Shown: one piece after another, positions 38,526 through 49,400 of the stretch | How the letters are laid out: each line of letters starts with the position of its first letter | Position numbering within the stretch: position 1 is the first letter of the stretch | Notes under the pieces: model-generated | Databases searched by the model: none | What the model was told of the DNA's origin: nothing | What the model saw: only the letters and a program-made list of their open reading frames with translations | Assembly (NCBI GenBank): GCA_963795945.1 | Contig: CAWCJN010000021.1 | Location: 26,319 to 90,318 of the forward strand | Origin: an uncultured Pseudomonadota bacterium | GTDB taxonomy: Bacteria > Desulfobacterota > Binatia > Binatales > Binataceae | Direction: 5' to 3' | DNA: 64,000 nucleotides | Translations under genes and position numbers: made by a program

Positions 38526-39953
38526 TGTAGTAGCAAAGCTCAGATGTCCCATTTCTCCAAAGTAGAAATGTCCCATTAGGGTGCGAAACCCGCACTCTGA
38601 TGGGGAAATGCATTGACGGGATTATGGGTAATGAGCAGCAAGGAGCTTTCACGGTTTGAAGTTTTGCAATGGGTGCTAGATCGGCGCATGACGCAGCAAC
38701 ATGCCGGGCAACTCTTAGGGCTTACCCGCCGACAGATATACAGGCTGCTCAGCAGCGTCAAGCAACACGGGGCGGCGGGCCTCGTCTCAAAACGGCGCGG
38801 CAGACGCAGCAACTATCAGCTTGCACCTGGGCTCGCCGCTGAAGCCCTGGCTCTAATCCGACAGCACTACGCCGATTTCGCTCCGACCCTCGCCTGCGAG
38901 AAGCTACGAGAACGGCACAAGCTTAATCTCTCGGTTGAGACTGTGCAGAAACTCATGATGGACGCTGGTTTGTGGACACCCCGTGCATTGCGCGACAAGG
39001 CGCTGCATCAACCGCGCACGCGGCGGCAAAGTGTGGGTGAGTTAATCCAGATTGACGGGTGCGAGCATGCCTGGTTCGAGGATCGCGGCTCGCCGTGCAG
39101 TCTGCTGGTTTATGTGGATGACGCCACAAGCCGTATCATGGCCGCGCGTTTCGTGGAGGCGGAATCAACCTTCGCCTACATGGAAACGACACGCGTGTAC
39201 ATCGAACGTCACGGCAAGCCTTTGGCTTTTTATAGTGACCGGCACTCCGTCTTTAACGTCAATCAAACAGAGCGCCTGACCGGTGAGGGCGTTACGCAGT
39301 TCCACCGAGCACTTGGGCAACTCGGCATTGAACTGATTTGCGCGAACACCTCGCAAGCTAAAGGCCGTGTGGAGCGTGCGCATTTAACCTTGCAAGATCG
39401 CCTGGTTAAGGAACTGCGATTGGCAGGCATCAGCTCAATCAAAGCGGGCAACGAGTTCCTGGGCGCTTTTATCGACGATTATAATCGGCGCTTTGGGAAA
39501 GAGCCTTTTCATCCGGGCGATGTGCATCGACCCGTGGGACAGCACGAGAAGCTGAATGATATTTTCACCATTCAGGAAAAGCGCCAGCTCTGCGGGAACT
39601 TGACGTTCCGTTACCAGAATACGGTTTATGCCATTGAACCAAGCCCGGCGAACCTCAAGCTTAAAAACCGGGCGATAACCGTGATGACAGACTGCGGCGG
39701 CAAGATGCGGGTGCGGTACGGCAATACCGACCTGCGGGTTGTGAAGGACCATCATCGCCCAAGCCGCGCAGCGCCGCCGATGCGGGCCGGGCATAAGGAT
39801 TTGACGGCTGTAATGAGCCGTTTCATTCCCGCAGGCGGAGGCTTCATCAACCTCTCAATCGAAGCTCCGGTATAGGGAACACCGGCGGCGGCAGATAGCG
39901 AGTGAGACATTTCTACTTTGCATGGAATGAGACATCTGTACTTTGGAGCGACA
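38526..39953 (+). mobile_element. Insertion sequence, ISNCY / IS1202-like, 1428 bp
   Basis: TGT...ACA ends; ~52-bp imperfect IRs, each with two CAAAG..(C/G)A(G/A)ATGTCYCA sub-repeats; no clear TSD. Confidence 0.9.
38613..39875 (+). CDS. DDE transposase (ISNCY/IS1202 type)
   Basis: N-terminal HTH, GELIQIDG..H.WFE, VDDATSR, YSDRHSVF, QAKGRVER...TLQDRL. Confidence 0.95.
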   Translation: MTGLWVMSSKELSRFEVLQWVLDRRMTQQHAGQLLGLTRRQIYRLLSSVKQHGAAGLVSKRRGRRSNYQLAPGLAAEALALIRQHYADFAPTLACEKLRERHKLNLSVETVQKLMMDAGLWTPRALRDKALHQPRTRRQSVGELIQIDGCEHAWFEDRGSPCSLLVYVDDATSRIMAARFVEAESTFAYMETTRVYIERHGKPLAFYSDRHSVFNVNQTERLTGEGVTQFHRALGQLGIELICANTSQAKGRVERAHLTLQDRLVKELRLAGISSIKAGNEFLGAFIDDYNRRFGKEPFHPGDVHRPVGQHEKLNDIFTIQEKRQLCGNLTFRYQNTVYAIEPSPANLKLKNRAITVMTDCGGKMRVRYGNTDLRVVKDHHRPSRAAPPMRAGHKDLTAVMSRFIPAGGGFINLSIEAPV

Positions 39954-39995
39954 TCGTGAAATCTAATCAATTCGGGGCAGTAGGAGTTGTTCTGG

Positions 39996-41156
39996 ATGAG
40001 CCAACTCGGATTTCGCGCCGTCTTTATGCGCGGTGGAACCAGCAAGGCGCTGATCTTCCGTACTGCCGATCTGCCGGATTCGCGTACTGCGTGCGACCGC
40101 ATTTTCCTCGCAGCGCTCGGCAGTCCCGATCCTAATGGCCGCCAACTCGACGGGATGGGCGGCGGTCTCTCATCGCTTTCCAAAGTATGCATCATCGGTC
40201 CGCCGACTCATCCTGAGGCCGATGTTGATTACACGTTCGCGCAGGTCTCGGTCGGCAGCGCGAGCGTCGATTACAGCGGCAACTGCGGCAACATGTCCTC
40301 TGCGATCGGTCCGTTCGCGATCGATGAAGGAATCGTCAGGGCTGACGATAGCGAAGCGGTGGTCAGGATCCACAATACGAATACGCGCAAGCTGATCGTC
40401 TCGCGTTTCGCGGTCGCCGATGGTCGCGCGATCGTCGAAGGTGATTTCCGGCTGCCCGGCGTCTCCGGCTCAGGTGCGCCGATTCGTCTCGATTTCCTCG
40501 ATCCCGGCGGCGCTGCGACTAGCAGTCTGCTGCCGACTGGAAATGTATTCGACGTGCTTGAGGTACCGGAACTCGGCGCGGTCCAGGCCTCGATGGTCGA
40601 TGCGGCCAATCCCTGTGTTTTCGTCGCTGCCGATGCACTCGAGATGACTGGAATCGAGATGCCCGACGAGCTCGAGCGGCGTCCCGCTATCCTCGCGCAG
40701 CTCGAAGCGATTCGTGTCGCAGCAAGCCTCAGGATGGGTATCGCGACTTCCCTCGAGGAGGCCGCGCGCAAACCCAGCATCCCGAAGATCGCCGTCGTCA
40801 GCGCGCCGCAGGACTCGCGCTCGCTCTCTGGAGAAGCTATTGACGCGGGTTTCGCCGATATCCTCGTACGGATGATCTCGATCGGCCAACCCCATCGTGC
40901 GGTCCCATTGACCGGCGCGATGTGTCTTGCGCTGACAGCGCGGCTCGAAGGCAGTCTGGTGCATCACTTGGCGCGCGGGCCCGCCGCTTCCAGCGATCCA
41001 GTCCGGATCGCCCAGCCCTCCGGCGTCACCGTCGTGAACGCATCTGTGCGGCGCGATCGCAATGGATGGATTGCCGATTACGCTTCGGTTTATCGCACCG
41101 CCCGCCGCCTGATGGACGGGAGCGTGTACGTTCCGGAAGCTGCGCTGCAGCCCTGA
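39996..41156 (+). CDS. prpF: PrpF family (methyl)aconitate isomerase
   Basis: FMRGGTSK, GSPDP.GRQLDGMGGG.SSLSK, GNCGN, PH.AVP.TG, RTARRLMDG. Confidence 0.92.
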   Translation: MSQLGFRAVFMRGGTSKALIFRTADLPDSRTACDRIFLAALGSPDPNGRQLDGMGGGLSSLSKVCIIGPPTHPEADVDYTFAQVSVGSASVDYSGNCGNMSSAIGPFAIDEGIVRADDSEAVVRIHNTNTRKLIVSRFAVADGRAIVEGDFRLPGVSGSGAPIRLDFLDPGGAATSSLLPTGNVFDVLEVPELGAVQASMVDAANPCVFVAADALEMTGIEMPDELERRPAILAQLEAIRVAASLRMGIATSLEEAARKPSIPKIAVVSAPQDSRSLSGEAIDAGFADILVRMISIGQPHRAVPLTGAMCLALTARLEGSLVHHLARGPAASSDPVRIAQPSGVTVVNASVRRDRNGWIADYASVYRTARRLMDGSVYVPEAALQP

Positions 41157-41203
41157 TTCGGCAGCCGATTAACTCTGTGCACCGATTATCCTAGACTGAA
41201 CCC

Positions 41204-42502
41204 ATGGCATGGGTTTATATCGAGGACCTCGGACGTCATCTCGGCGAAGAAGTCACCCTGCGCGGATGGCTTTACAATCGCCGCTCGAGCGGCAAAATCC
41301 ATTTCCTGCTGGTTCGCGACGGCACCGGCGTATGCCAGTGCGTCGCCTCGCTGGCCGACCTCGGACCCGAGGCCTTTGCGCAGGCGGACCATCTGGGACA
41401 GGAGACCTCTCTCGAAGTAACCGGCTTTGTCCGTGAGGACAAGCGCGCGGCAGGCGGACGCGAGTTGATCGTTAAAAAGATCGACGTGCTCGGGCCTGCG
41501 ATCGATTATCCAATCACGCTGAAGGAGCACGGCGTCGCCTTCCTGCTTGATCAACGGCATCTATGGGTGCGCTCGTCGCGGCAACACGCCATCCTACGCA
41601 TCCGTAGCGAGGTCGCGGCGGCGGCGCACGACTTCTTTCACGAGCGCGGCTTCATCCTCTTCGATTCGCCGATCCTGACCCCCACCTCATGCGAAGGCAC
41701 GACCAATCTTTTCGAAATCGACTATTTTGGCGAGCGCAAGGCCTATCTCACCCAGAGCGGTCAGCTTTATGCCGAGGCGGGCGCGTTAGCCTTCGGCAAA
41801 GTTTATTGCTTCGGTCCGACCTTCCGCGCCGAGAAATCAAAAACCCGCCGCCATCTCACCGAGTTCTGGATGGTCGAGCCGGAAGTCGCCTACTTCAATC
41901 TCGACGACGATATGCAACTCGCCGAAGATTTCGTCTCTTATATTCTGACTCGCGTGCTGGAGCGCCGGCGCGAGGAACTGAAGCTGCTCGAACGCGACTT
42001 CGCCAAGCTGGAGCGCGCCGCGACCAAGCCCTACCCGCGCATCACTTATGATGAAGCGCTCGAACGGCTCAAGGCCAAGGGCCTGACTGTGAACTGGGGC
42101 GACGATTTAGGCGGCGACGAAGAGACTGCGCTGTCGAGCGACTTCGACACTCCCGTGATGGTCCATCGCTATCCCGCCGAGTGCAAAGCCTTCTACATGA
42201 AGCATGATCCCGCGCGCCCCGAAGTCGCGCTATGCGTCGATATGCTCGCGCCCGAAGGTTACGGCGAGATCATCGGCGGCGGCCAGCGCGAGGATGATTA
42301 CGAAACCCTTCGCCAGCGCATCCTCGATCACAATTTGCCGCTCGAACCCTTTAATTGGTACCTCGATCTGCGCCGCTACGGCTCGGTCCCGCATGCAGGC
42401 TTCGGCATGGGTATTGAGCGAATGGTAGCGTGGTGCTGCGGCATCCATCATATTCGAGAGGCGATTCCGTTCCCCCGAATGATGGAACGGCTTGAGCCCT
42501 GA
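41204..42502 (+). CDS. asnS: Asparagine--tRNA ligase
   Basis: OB fold ([14 protein letters not shown]), [47 protein letters not shown]. Confidence 0.95.
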   Translation: MAWVYIEDLGRHLGEEVTLRGWLYNRRSSGKIHFLLVRDGTGVCQCVASLADLGPEAFAQADHLGQETSLEVTGFVREDKRAAGGRELIVKKIDVLGPAIDYPITLKEHGVAFLLDQRHLWVRSSRQHAILRIRSEVAAAAHDFFHERGFILFDSPILTPTSCEGTTNLFEIDYFGERKAYLTQSGQLYAEAGALAFGKVYCFGPTFRAEKSKTRRHLTEFWMVEPEVAYFNLDDDMQLAEDFVSYILTRVLERRREELKLLERDFAKLERAATKPYPRITYDEALERLKAKGLTVNWGDDLGGDEETALSSDFDTPVMVHRYPAECKAFYMKHDPARPEVALCVDMLAPEGYGEIIGGGQREDDYETLRQRILDHNLPLEPFNWYLDLRRYGSVPHAGFGMGIERMVAWCCGIHHIREAIPFPRMMERLEP

Positions 42503-42540
42503 CCGCCTCCAGGCAATTCAACCTCAGGGCAGGAGCGAAC

Positions 42541-43905
42541 ATGGCAGACCGTCTCGGCGCACATGCGGCAGTGATCGGCGGCAGCCTCGCCGGAATGATG
42601 AGTGCGCGCGTGCTCGTCGATCATTTCGATCAGGTGACGATCTTTGAGCGCGACGCCATCGAGGATAGTCCGGCGCTGCACAAGTCCATCCCGCAGGGCA
42701 ATCATCTACATACGTTCCTGCAAGGCGGCCAACAGGTCCTGTCGTCGCTTTTCCCGGGCTTTACCGCCGAGCTTCAGGAGCTTGGCGCGGTCCGCTGGAG
42801 CCTCGGCAAAGATATAGCCTTCTATCTGCCCGACGGGAAAGCCTACAATTTGACGGGATCGGTGCGGGAACCACGCGACGTGGGCCTCGTCGCGCATAGC
42901 CAAAGCCGTGGACTTCTCGAATATCTCGTCCGCCGCCGAATCACCACAATTCCTAACCTCCGCTTCGAGAGCGGTGTCGCAGTGCGCGCGCTTACCCATC
43001 GAGATCGTCGCGTGTATGGCCTTACTTGCGAGCGTTCCGGCGAGTTCCAGACCATCGAAGCTGATCTCGTCCTCGATGCTGGTGGACGCGGCTCTCAGGC
43101 TCAGCGATGGCTCGCGAGTATGGGTTTTCCGACCCCGCAAGAGAGCGTCATCACCGTCGATTTTGCCTACACCAGCGCAAAGTTTGCTAAGCCCGCAGGA
43201 TACGGCGAAGAGCCGATGGTACTAGTCGGCGGTCGCCCACCTCATCAGGTTTCAGGCGGCGGCCTGTTCGAGATCGAGAACAACACGTGGCACGTCAGTC
43301 TCGCGGGCCGCTTTGGGGACTATCCGCCCACCGATGAAGCCGGTTTTATGGCGTTTGCCAAAGCTTTGCCATCGTCGCGCATCTACGAGCTGATCAAGGA
43401 CGCCGAACGCGTCAGTGACATCACCCACCATCGTTTCCCAACCAGTATTCAGCGCCACTACGAGTGGATGCCGTCATTTCCCGATGGTTTCCTGATCATC
43501 GGTGATGCGCTTTGCAGCTTCAATCCCGTGTACGGGCAGGGGATGAGTTCCGCCGCGTTGCAGGTCCGAGCGCTGCAGGAAGTCTTGGGAGCTCGGGTAA
43601 TCTCGGGAGCCGGGCTGGATGGCCTCGCCGCAGCCTTTCTCCCCAAAGCAGCAGACGTTATCAGTGCCCCATGGATACTTGCGGCGAATTTCGACTTCGC
43701 CTATTCCAAGACCAAGGGCGAGCGCCCGCCCGCAATGGAAGAGGGCGCGCGCTATTTTGCCGTGCTGGATGCACTCCAGAGCGAGGATATCGAGGTTCAG
43801 CGCCTGCTGCTTGAGGTCTTCCAGCTTATGAAACCGCTTTCCGCACTATGGGACGAGCCGATCCGCAATCGCGTCTTTGCCCGATTGCAAAGGTTGAGCG
43901 GTTAA
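42541..43905 (+). CDS. FAD-dependent oxidoreductase/monooxygenase
   Basis: HA.VIGGSLAG, DLVLDAGGRGS, GDALCSFNPVYGQGMS. Confidence 0.88.
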   Translation: MADRLGAHAAVIGGSLAGMMSARVLVDHFDQVTIFERDAIEDSPALHKSIPQGNHLHTFLQGGQQVLSSLFPGFTAELQELGAVRWSLGKDIAFYLPDGKAYNLTGSVREPRDVGLVAHSQSRGLLEYLVRRRITTIPNLRFESGVAVRALTHRDRRVYGLTCERSGEFQTIEADLVLDAGGRGSQAQRWLASMGFPTPQESVITVDFAYTSAKFAKPAGYGEEPMVLVGGRPPHQVSGGGLFEIENNTWHVSLAGRFGDYPPTDEAGFMAFAKALPSSRIYELIKDAERVSDITHHRFPTSIQRHYEWMPSFPDGFLIIGDALCSFNPVYGQGMSSAALQVRALQEVLGARVISGAGLDGLAAAFLPKAADVISAPWILAANFDFAYSKTKGERPPAMEEGARYFAVLDALQSEDIEVQRLLLEVFQLMKPLSALWDEPIRNRVFARLQRLSG

Positions 43906-43943
43906 AATCATTGTCGAAAATTTTTTTGTGGGTGCATCAATAA

Positions 43944-43969
43944 AGTACTTGCTCCCTTCGGCAAGTACT
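43944..43969. terminator. Hairpin downstream of the FAD oxidoreductase
   Basis: AGTACTTGC-TCCCTTCG-GCAAGTACT, perfect 9-bp stem. Confidence 0.5.
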
Positions 43970-44449
43970 AGCTATTTGTTCCATTAATGCTGAAGCAGAG
44001 CTGCTGCGGGCGCTCGGCTACCTGCCGCCGATTCGTGCGAGCGCGATAACAACACCGTAGATTTACTGAACCATCGTTCCAGCACGGCCGGGACGCATTT
44101 GCCCGATCTCAGGCCGGCTTTGGAACCGCACATTGCCCGATGCCTTGCATTAGTTTGTCTCATAAAAGTCATGATTCGTTCACCTTCGCTGGTCAACGAG
44201 TGATCATGGAACCCGCATCCAGTCAAGTCTGAATTTCAATGTTGCTCCGATTTCACCCCATTGCCGCAATCTCCGAGTCGCGCTAAAGAAGTATTAGTTG
44301 TAATACAGATTAGCTAAGCTTTGACTTGAATAACGAATAACAGTGGCATGCGCGTATGATTAAACCTGCTTCGAGGCAGCGAAAGGCTCGATCGCTGACC
44401 TCCGGCGTCAGGTCCGCGCGGTAAGCATCCAGCCCGGAGGGAGAGGCAC

Positions 44450-45130
44450 TTGCGGAACGGACCTTTGGTACGAAGAGGCGCGAATGCTTCACGCGCTACG
44501 CAAATCAACCCTTCTACAGTTCGCTCGTCGGCAGCCGGTCGTATCTTTGGCCGCCAATCGTTCCATGGGCCACCTAATTTTCCTGATTCAGTTCCAAATC
44601 TGAAAACTTCCTGCGTACATTTGGAATGTCGTCTCCCAATCAATCTCAGGGAATTTCTCGCTGATCAACTTGGCGCGGTCGTCGATGAGTCTGACGAGAC
44701 CGTCCTTAATCTGGCTGCCGAAGCTGATGAGACCACGCTGAGCAAGCTGGCCCGTGCAATCCGGCGCTACTCAACTAATCGCGCCCGCGAGTTGTGGGAC
44801 GAGTGCAGCGTTCCACTGGCGACCTTCGCGTGCCACTCTAAAGCCAACTCCTGGGCGGGCTTGCTATGCCTTAGATGCGTAAAGATCGATTTTGCCGGCG
44901 ATGCTGCCGAGCGTCATCATCCTCCTGGATGCATCGTGCTCGGCCTACCTGCAGCGCGCACCACTGTCAGTCATTCAGGCGCTGCATCCGAAGCAGATAT
45001 TGCTAATCGAATCCGGCTATTGATCGAGGAGTTCCGCCGCCTCCGGGCGGCTTTTGGTCTGCCTCACTTTGAGCTCGATTCGTACGTCCGCAATGGAAGC
45101 GTCACCTTCACCTGGCGGCCAGTTTCCTGA
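44450..45130 (+). CDS. Hypothetical protein (start uncertain, possibly TTG 44621)
   Basis: Long open frame; the C-terminal ~170 aa looks protein-like, no family recognised. Confidence 0.45.
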   Translation: MRNGPLVRRGANASRATQINPSTVRSSAAGRIFGRQSFHGPPNFPDSVPNLKTSCVHLECRLPINLREFLADQLGAVVDESDETVLNLAAEADETTLSKLARAIRRYSTNRARELWDECSVPLATFACHSKANSWAGLLCLRCVKIDFAGDAAERHHPPGCIVLGLPAARTTVSHSGAASEADIANRIRLLIEEFRRLRAAFGLPHFELDSYVRNGSVTFTWRPVS

Positions 45131-45199
45131 GGCTTGGTCTTTTCCGAACGGCCGTAAGTTTGCGCTGGATACTGCGGAATTAACCGAATCAGCGCACTA

Positions 45200-45397
45200 C
45201 TACATTGAGGAGGCGCGTCGTCGACGTTGCTCTTTGCGGCGGCGCCGCTGCGCTTCAGAACGTTTGCGCTTGCGTCGAACACTGGGCTTTTCATAGAAAG
45301 CCCGCTTTTTCATCTCCTTGAATACTCCCTCTTTGGCGAGCTTGCGCTTCAACACGCGCATCGCTTGATCAAGGGAACCTTCGACCCTGATTTCCAT
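45200..45397 (-). CDS. rpsU: 30S ribosomal protein S21
   Basis: LDQAMRVLKRK, FYEKPSVRRKRK. Confidence 0.96.
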   Translation of the reverse strand: MEIRVEGSLDQAMRVLKRKLAKEGVFKEMKKRAFYEKPSVRRKRKRSEAQRRRRKEQRRRRASSM

Positions 45398-45512
45398 AGT
45401 CCTCCGTAGCGAATTCGGATAAAGACTGGAGGATAGGGCTGGCTACCTGACCTGTCAACCGCAGCAGTTTTTCGCGAATGCGGGCGCAAGCCCTAAAAGC
45501 ACTGGAGGAATC

Positions 45513-46283
45513 ATGGATTTAGACTTAAACGGCAAAGTTGCGATGCTCACCGGGGCGAGCCGCGGATTAGGACGCGCGATGGCTGCGGCGCTAGCGGCTG
45601 AGGGCGTGCAGCTTAGCCTTTGCGCTCGTGGCGGCGAAGCGCTTGCTCAGGCAGCGTCAGAACTCAAGAGATCAGGCGCAAAAGTTCTGGCTCAGGCAGC
45701 CGACGTCGCTGACGCCGCCGCGATGGATACCTGGACTGCCGCAACGGTCGAGGAATTCGGTGGACTCGATATTTTGATCAATAACGCCGGCGGAGCCAAA
45801 GTTGGCACGCTCAAACAACTTGACGAAGCGGGCTGGCAGCAGGCTTTCGAGCTTAACTTCTTCTCCGCGGTGCGCCTCTCACGCCTTTGCGCTGAGCCAA
45901 TGAGTCAGCGAGGCGGCGGTTCGATTATCAACATCAGTTCCATTTATGGGCGTGAGGCAGGCGGCCCAATCAGCTATAACACCTCGAAAGCCGCGATGAT
46001 CTCCTTCACTAAGGCCCTTGCCCGAGAACTCGCGCCGAAGGGTGTGCGCGTTAATTCAGTCGCACCCGGCTCGATACTCTATCCGGGCGGTACCTGGGAA
46101 AACATCTTTAAGGCGAATCCAGGCTTTGAAAAAGACTTCATCAGCCACGAATTTCCCGCCGGACGCCTGGGACGACCCGAGGAAGTTGCCTACGCCGTCC
46201 TGATGCTCGCGTCGCCGAAAGCCAGTTGGATCACTGGAGCCTGCGTGCCGGTGGACGGCGCCCAAGGCCGCTCCATCAATTAG
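45513..46283 (+). CDS. SDR family oxidoreductase
   Basis: TGASRGLG, NNAG, NISS, YNTSK, RVNSVAPG. Confidence 0.94.
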   Translation: MDLDLNGKVAMLTGASRGLGRAMAAALAAEGVQLSLCARGGEALAQAASELKRSGAKVLAQAADVADAAAMDTWTAATVEEFGGLDILINNAGGAKVGTLKQLDEAGWQQAFELNFFSAVRLSRLCAEPMSQRGGGSIINISSIYGREAGGPISYNTSKAAMISFTKALARELAPKGVRVNSVAPGSILYPGGTWENIFKANPGFEKDFISHEFPAGRLGRPEEVAYAVLMLASPKASWITGACVPVDGAQGRSIN

Positions 46284-46312
46284 ACGACCGAATAGGGGGC
46301 GATATCTGCTAT

Positions 46313-46421
46313 GGAACCTCTGCACAAGCGAATTCTTTAGAATCGCTCCGCGACGGTCCTTCGACACGGCTCGCGTTGCTCACCGGCTCAGGATGACAAA
46401 TCAGGCTTGTGCAGAGGTTCC
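46313..46421. mobile_element. 109-bp MITE with perfect 17-bp terminal inverted repeats
   Basis: GGAACCTCTGCACAAGC ... GCTTGTGCAGAGGTTCC, flanked by CTAT/CTAG; internal CCTTCGAC...CTCAGGATGAC REP-like motif. Confidence 0.8.
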
Positions 46422-49400
46422 CTAGCTGATCGAGAGATCGGTGCGCGTCGTTTTGCCCTGATCCTTAACATCGTCAGCGTTGAGCTTGGGTGACAAGATA
46501 AACAACCGCGCCGGATCGATCTTGCGCTGCACCAGCGCTGTACGCACGGCATTGGCCCGCGCGCCGGCAAGCTTGCGCAGATCGTCGTCCGAAACTTTCT
46601 CATTCGCCACCATTAATTTTTTCATCTCATCCGGGGACAGCGATTTGGTCATCCCAAGAAAATCACGAGGTTTGTCGAATTTTGCCGCTTTGTACGCCCG
46701 CTTTAGATATTTGTTGTATTCGTCCTTTGACAAAGACGCATTGCTTCCAGTTCCTTCCGTCTTGATCTGTTGATCTCGCACCGCGTCATCGACTTTGGCT
46801 AATCGCAGACCATCCTTATCGACTCGTGGATCGACCCGGCCGGTAATATCGAGCTTCAACGAAGGGCGCGCAGCTAGCGCCTTAGCGACCACATCAAGGC
46901 GCTTTTCATCATCGGAGGTAAGATGGGCATAGCCGGGATTAAACTCGATATAATTGAGAGGTTGACCACTCTTATTCCCCCCAAAAGCGGATGCGATCAG
47001 ATTAAACGGAGCCGTCGCTGCTTTTACGATTAGATTTTTCAATACCTCCCAGATCACGCCACCAACGCTGAACTGGGGGTCATTCAGCGAGCCCGAAACC
47101 GGAATATTCAGATTGATCGCGCCGCTCGGATCCTTGAGAACGGCCACGGCCAATCGGACCGGTAGATTGATCGCGGTCTTGCTCTCGACCTTATCGCCAA
47201 ACGTTAGTTGATCGATGAAAATATGATTCGTTGCCGTTAGATGCTGTTCCTGCAGCAGGTAATGAACGTCAATTGTGAGCGTTCCTTTAATGATTGGATA
47301 ACCAATATATTTCGTTGAGTAAGTGGAGAGACCGGGCAATTCGAGACCATCAGCTTTCGCGCCAATATTGAGATAGGCCAGAGGCGTAAGCGGATTGGCC
47401 GAGCCTTTGATATCGAGCGGCGCGCTGCCATTGACCATGCCGGTCAGCAGCACGTCGGCGGGTTGCGTCGAACTGGTGCTGAGGGTTCCGATCTTGCCGG
47501 CAACTTCGGTCAAATCCGCGGTATAGTTCGGACGGATGAAATTGTCGGTCCAGTTGATATGTCCGCCTTGGAGCGTGATCCCGCCAAGAGCGATATCCGC
47601 GTCGAGCGGTTTCGGCTGTGGTGGTGCTGCGCCATTTGCCACCGGCGTTGGCGTTGCAGTCGGCGTGGGCTGAGCCTCGGAACTGGCGCGCGTCAATGAT
47701 CGCGGACGTTCGCGCGGATTTGACGTGATGTCTCTTACATTCAGCCGCCCGTCGCGGTTCAGGATAAGCCGCGCATAGAAGTCCGACAGCGCCAGCCCGC
47801 CGATATGCACTTTGGGCTTGCGGCCCCCATACTCCGCGTCGATCCGGTGTGCGCTCAATGAGTTCCATCGCGTGAAGCTGTCGCCGGTTAGTTTATCCAT
47901 GACTCGCACGCCGCCGATGGTCAGATCGCCGCGATAGGCGGCGTGCAACTTGTCGCGATTATTATTAGCCGTGACCACGCCATTCATCGTGAGCAAAGCT
48001 GAGGCGAGCCGTGCGTTGACCTGATCCTCGATATAGGCGTTGACTGGAGTGAGATCTAGACGGTTCGTAATCACATGCAGTTTCGCCTCCAGAGGTGCGG
48101 GCGCGGCTGCCCCCTCGACCTTCAAGCCGCCCTGGCCGTTTACGGTCGCATCAAGCGCGAGTGTGATCGGCTTGGCCAGATTGTCTGAAACATTATTCGC
48201 GGTGAATTGAAGTGGCGTGAGATCGAGTTTAACCGGCTTGCGCGTATGCTCGTCGAGTGCATGAATCGACGCTCTATCCAGCACGATCGACGCGACCTGA
48301 TAATGCCATTGCGAGCTGCCGTTGGCGTTCGGAGCAGGCGTTGGCGCCTGTTCCTCTTTCACCTTTCGATAAGCGTGCTTGGCCTCTCGGCGAATAGTCC
48401 GTCTCGGAGTTGGCTGCGACACAGCGGGATGCGGATTCTGGCGGATCAGCGAAATCAGATTGATTCCGCCCTCGCGGTCGCGATGTGCGATTACCCGTAA
48501 TCCTTCGGCGCGCACCTCATTGACGATGGCCTGATGAGCCGCGAGATCGACTTGTCCCACCGTCAGGGCAAACCGATCCCATCCGAGCGGTTCTTCTTTA
48601 CCGTCGCTGCTTTTGAGATCGAAGCTATCAATCGACGCGTTTGCCGGTTCCACGTGAATATTAAATTTGTCCGGGGCGAAATTGGTTTTGATGCTGGCTT
48701 GCGCGTTGAGCTTACCGGAAGCGACATCCGCGTTCAAAACCGATGTAGAGAAAGCCTTCAGTCCGACGAGATCAATCCGGCTGAGCGAAGCATTAACAGC
48801 AGCCTCCTTGTCCGCGAGGTCAAGACTTCCTTGCGCTGCGACCGCGCCGCCGCTGCCCAAGCTTCCGCCAAATTCGTAGGGCGTCGTCCCTTGACCCGGC
48901 ATCCGCAGGTTTTCGAGCTTGGCATGAATCGCGTTGAGCGTTGCCATAGCCGGAGTTGATTGACTTTTATCGGTTATCTGGACGGTGCTGTTTACCAGTT
49001 CGAACGATTTTAACGAGAAATCCAGCGGCGGTTTACTCGAGGTTGCCGACGTACTTTGAGCCGCCGCTGTCTGCACAGGCGCCGGAGCCGCTAACTGCGC
49101 CTGAGCGTTGCTCGGCGGCGGAGAAGGAGACGCCGACGGCGTGACCATAGGCTGCGGCGTAATCTGAGGCGTTGCCGATACGGTTGGACTCGCAGCGCTC
49201 GGTGTGCTCGAAGGCGGCATCGCAGCGACAGGCTGGCTAGTCGCGGGCGCTGGCTTGCTCGTCTCAGTCAGCGCAGTCAGATTCGTCGTGCCGTCGGCAT
49301 TGCGTACGAGGAACGTATTTAGCCCGTCAACATAAATTCGCTGTAGATGAATCTCGTTCTCCAGCGGCTCAATTGAAGCGATGTCCATCACGGCATGATT

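Noticed and set aside
44360-44500. Possible riboswitch or structured RNA
   Set aside because: Short stems are possible, but I could not match the conserved core of any known riboswitch
49040-49270. Pro/Ser/Thr/Ala-rich low-complexity stretch as a repeat array
   Set aside because: In-frame flexible linker of the DUF748 protein with no discrete nucleotide repeat unit
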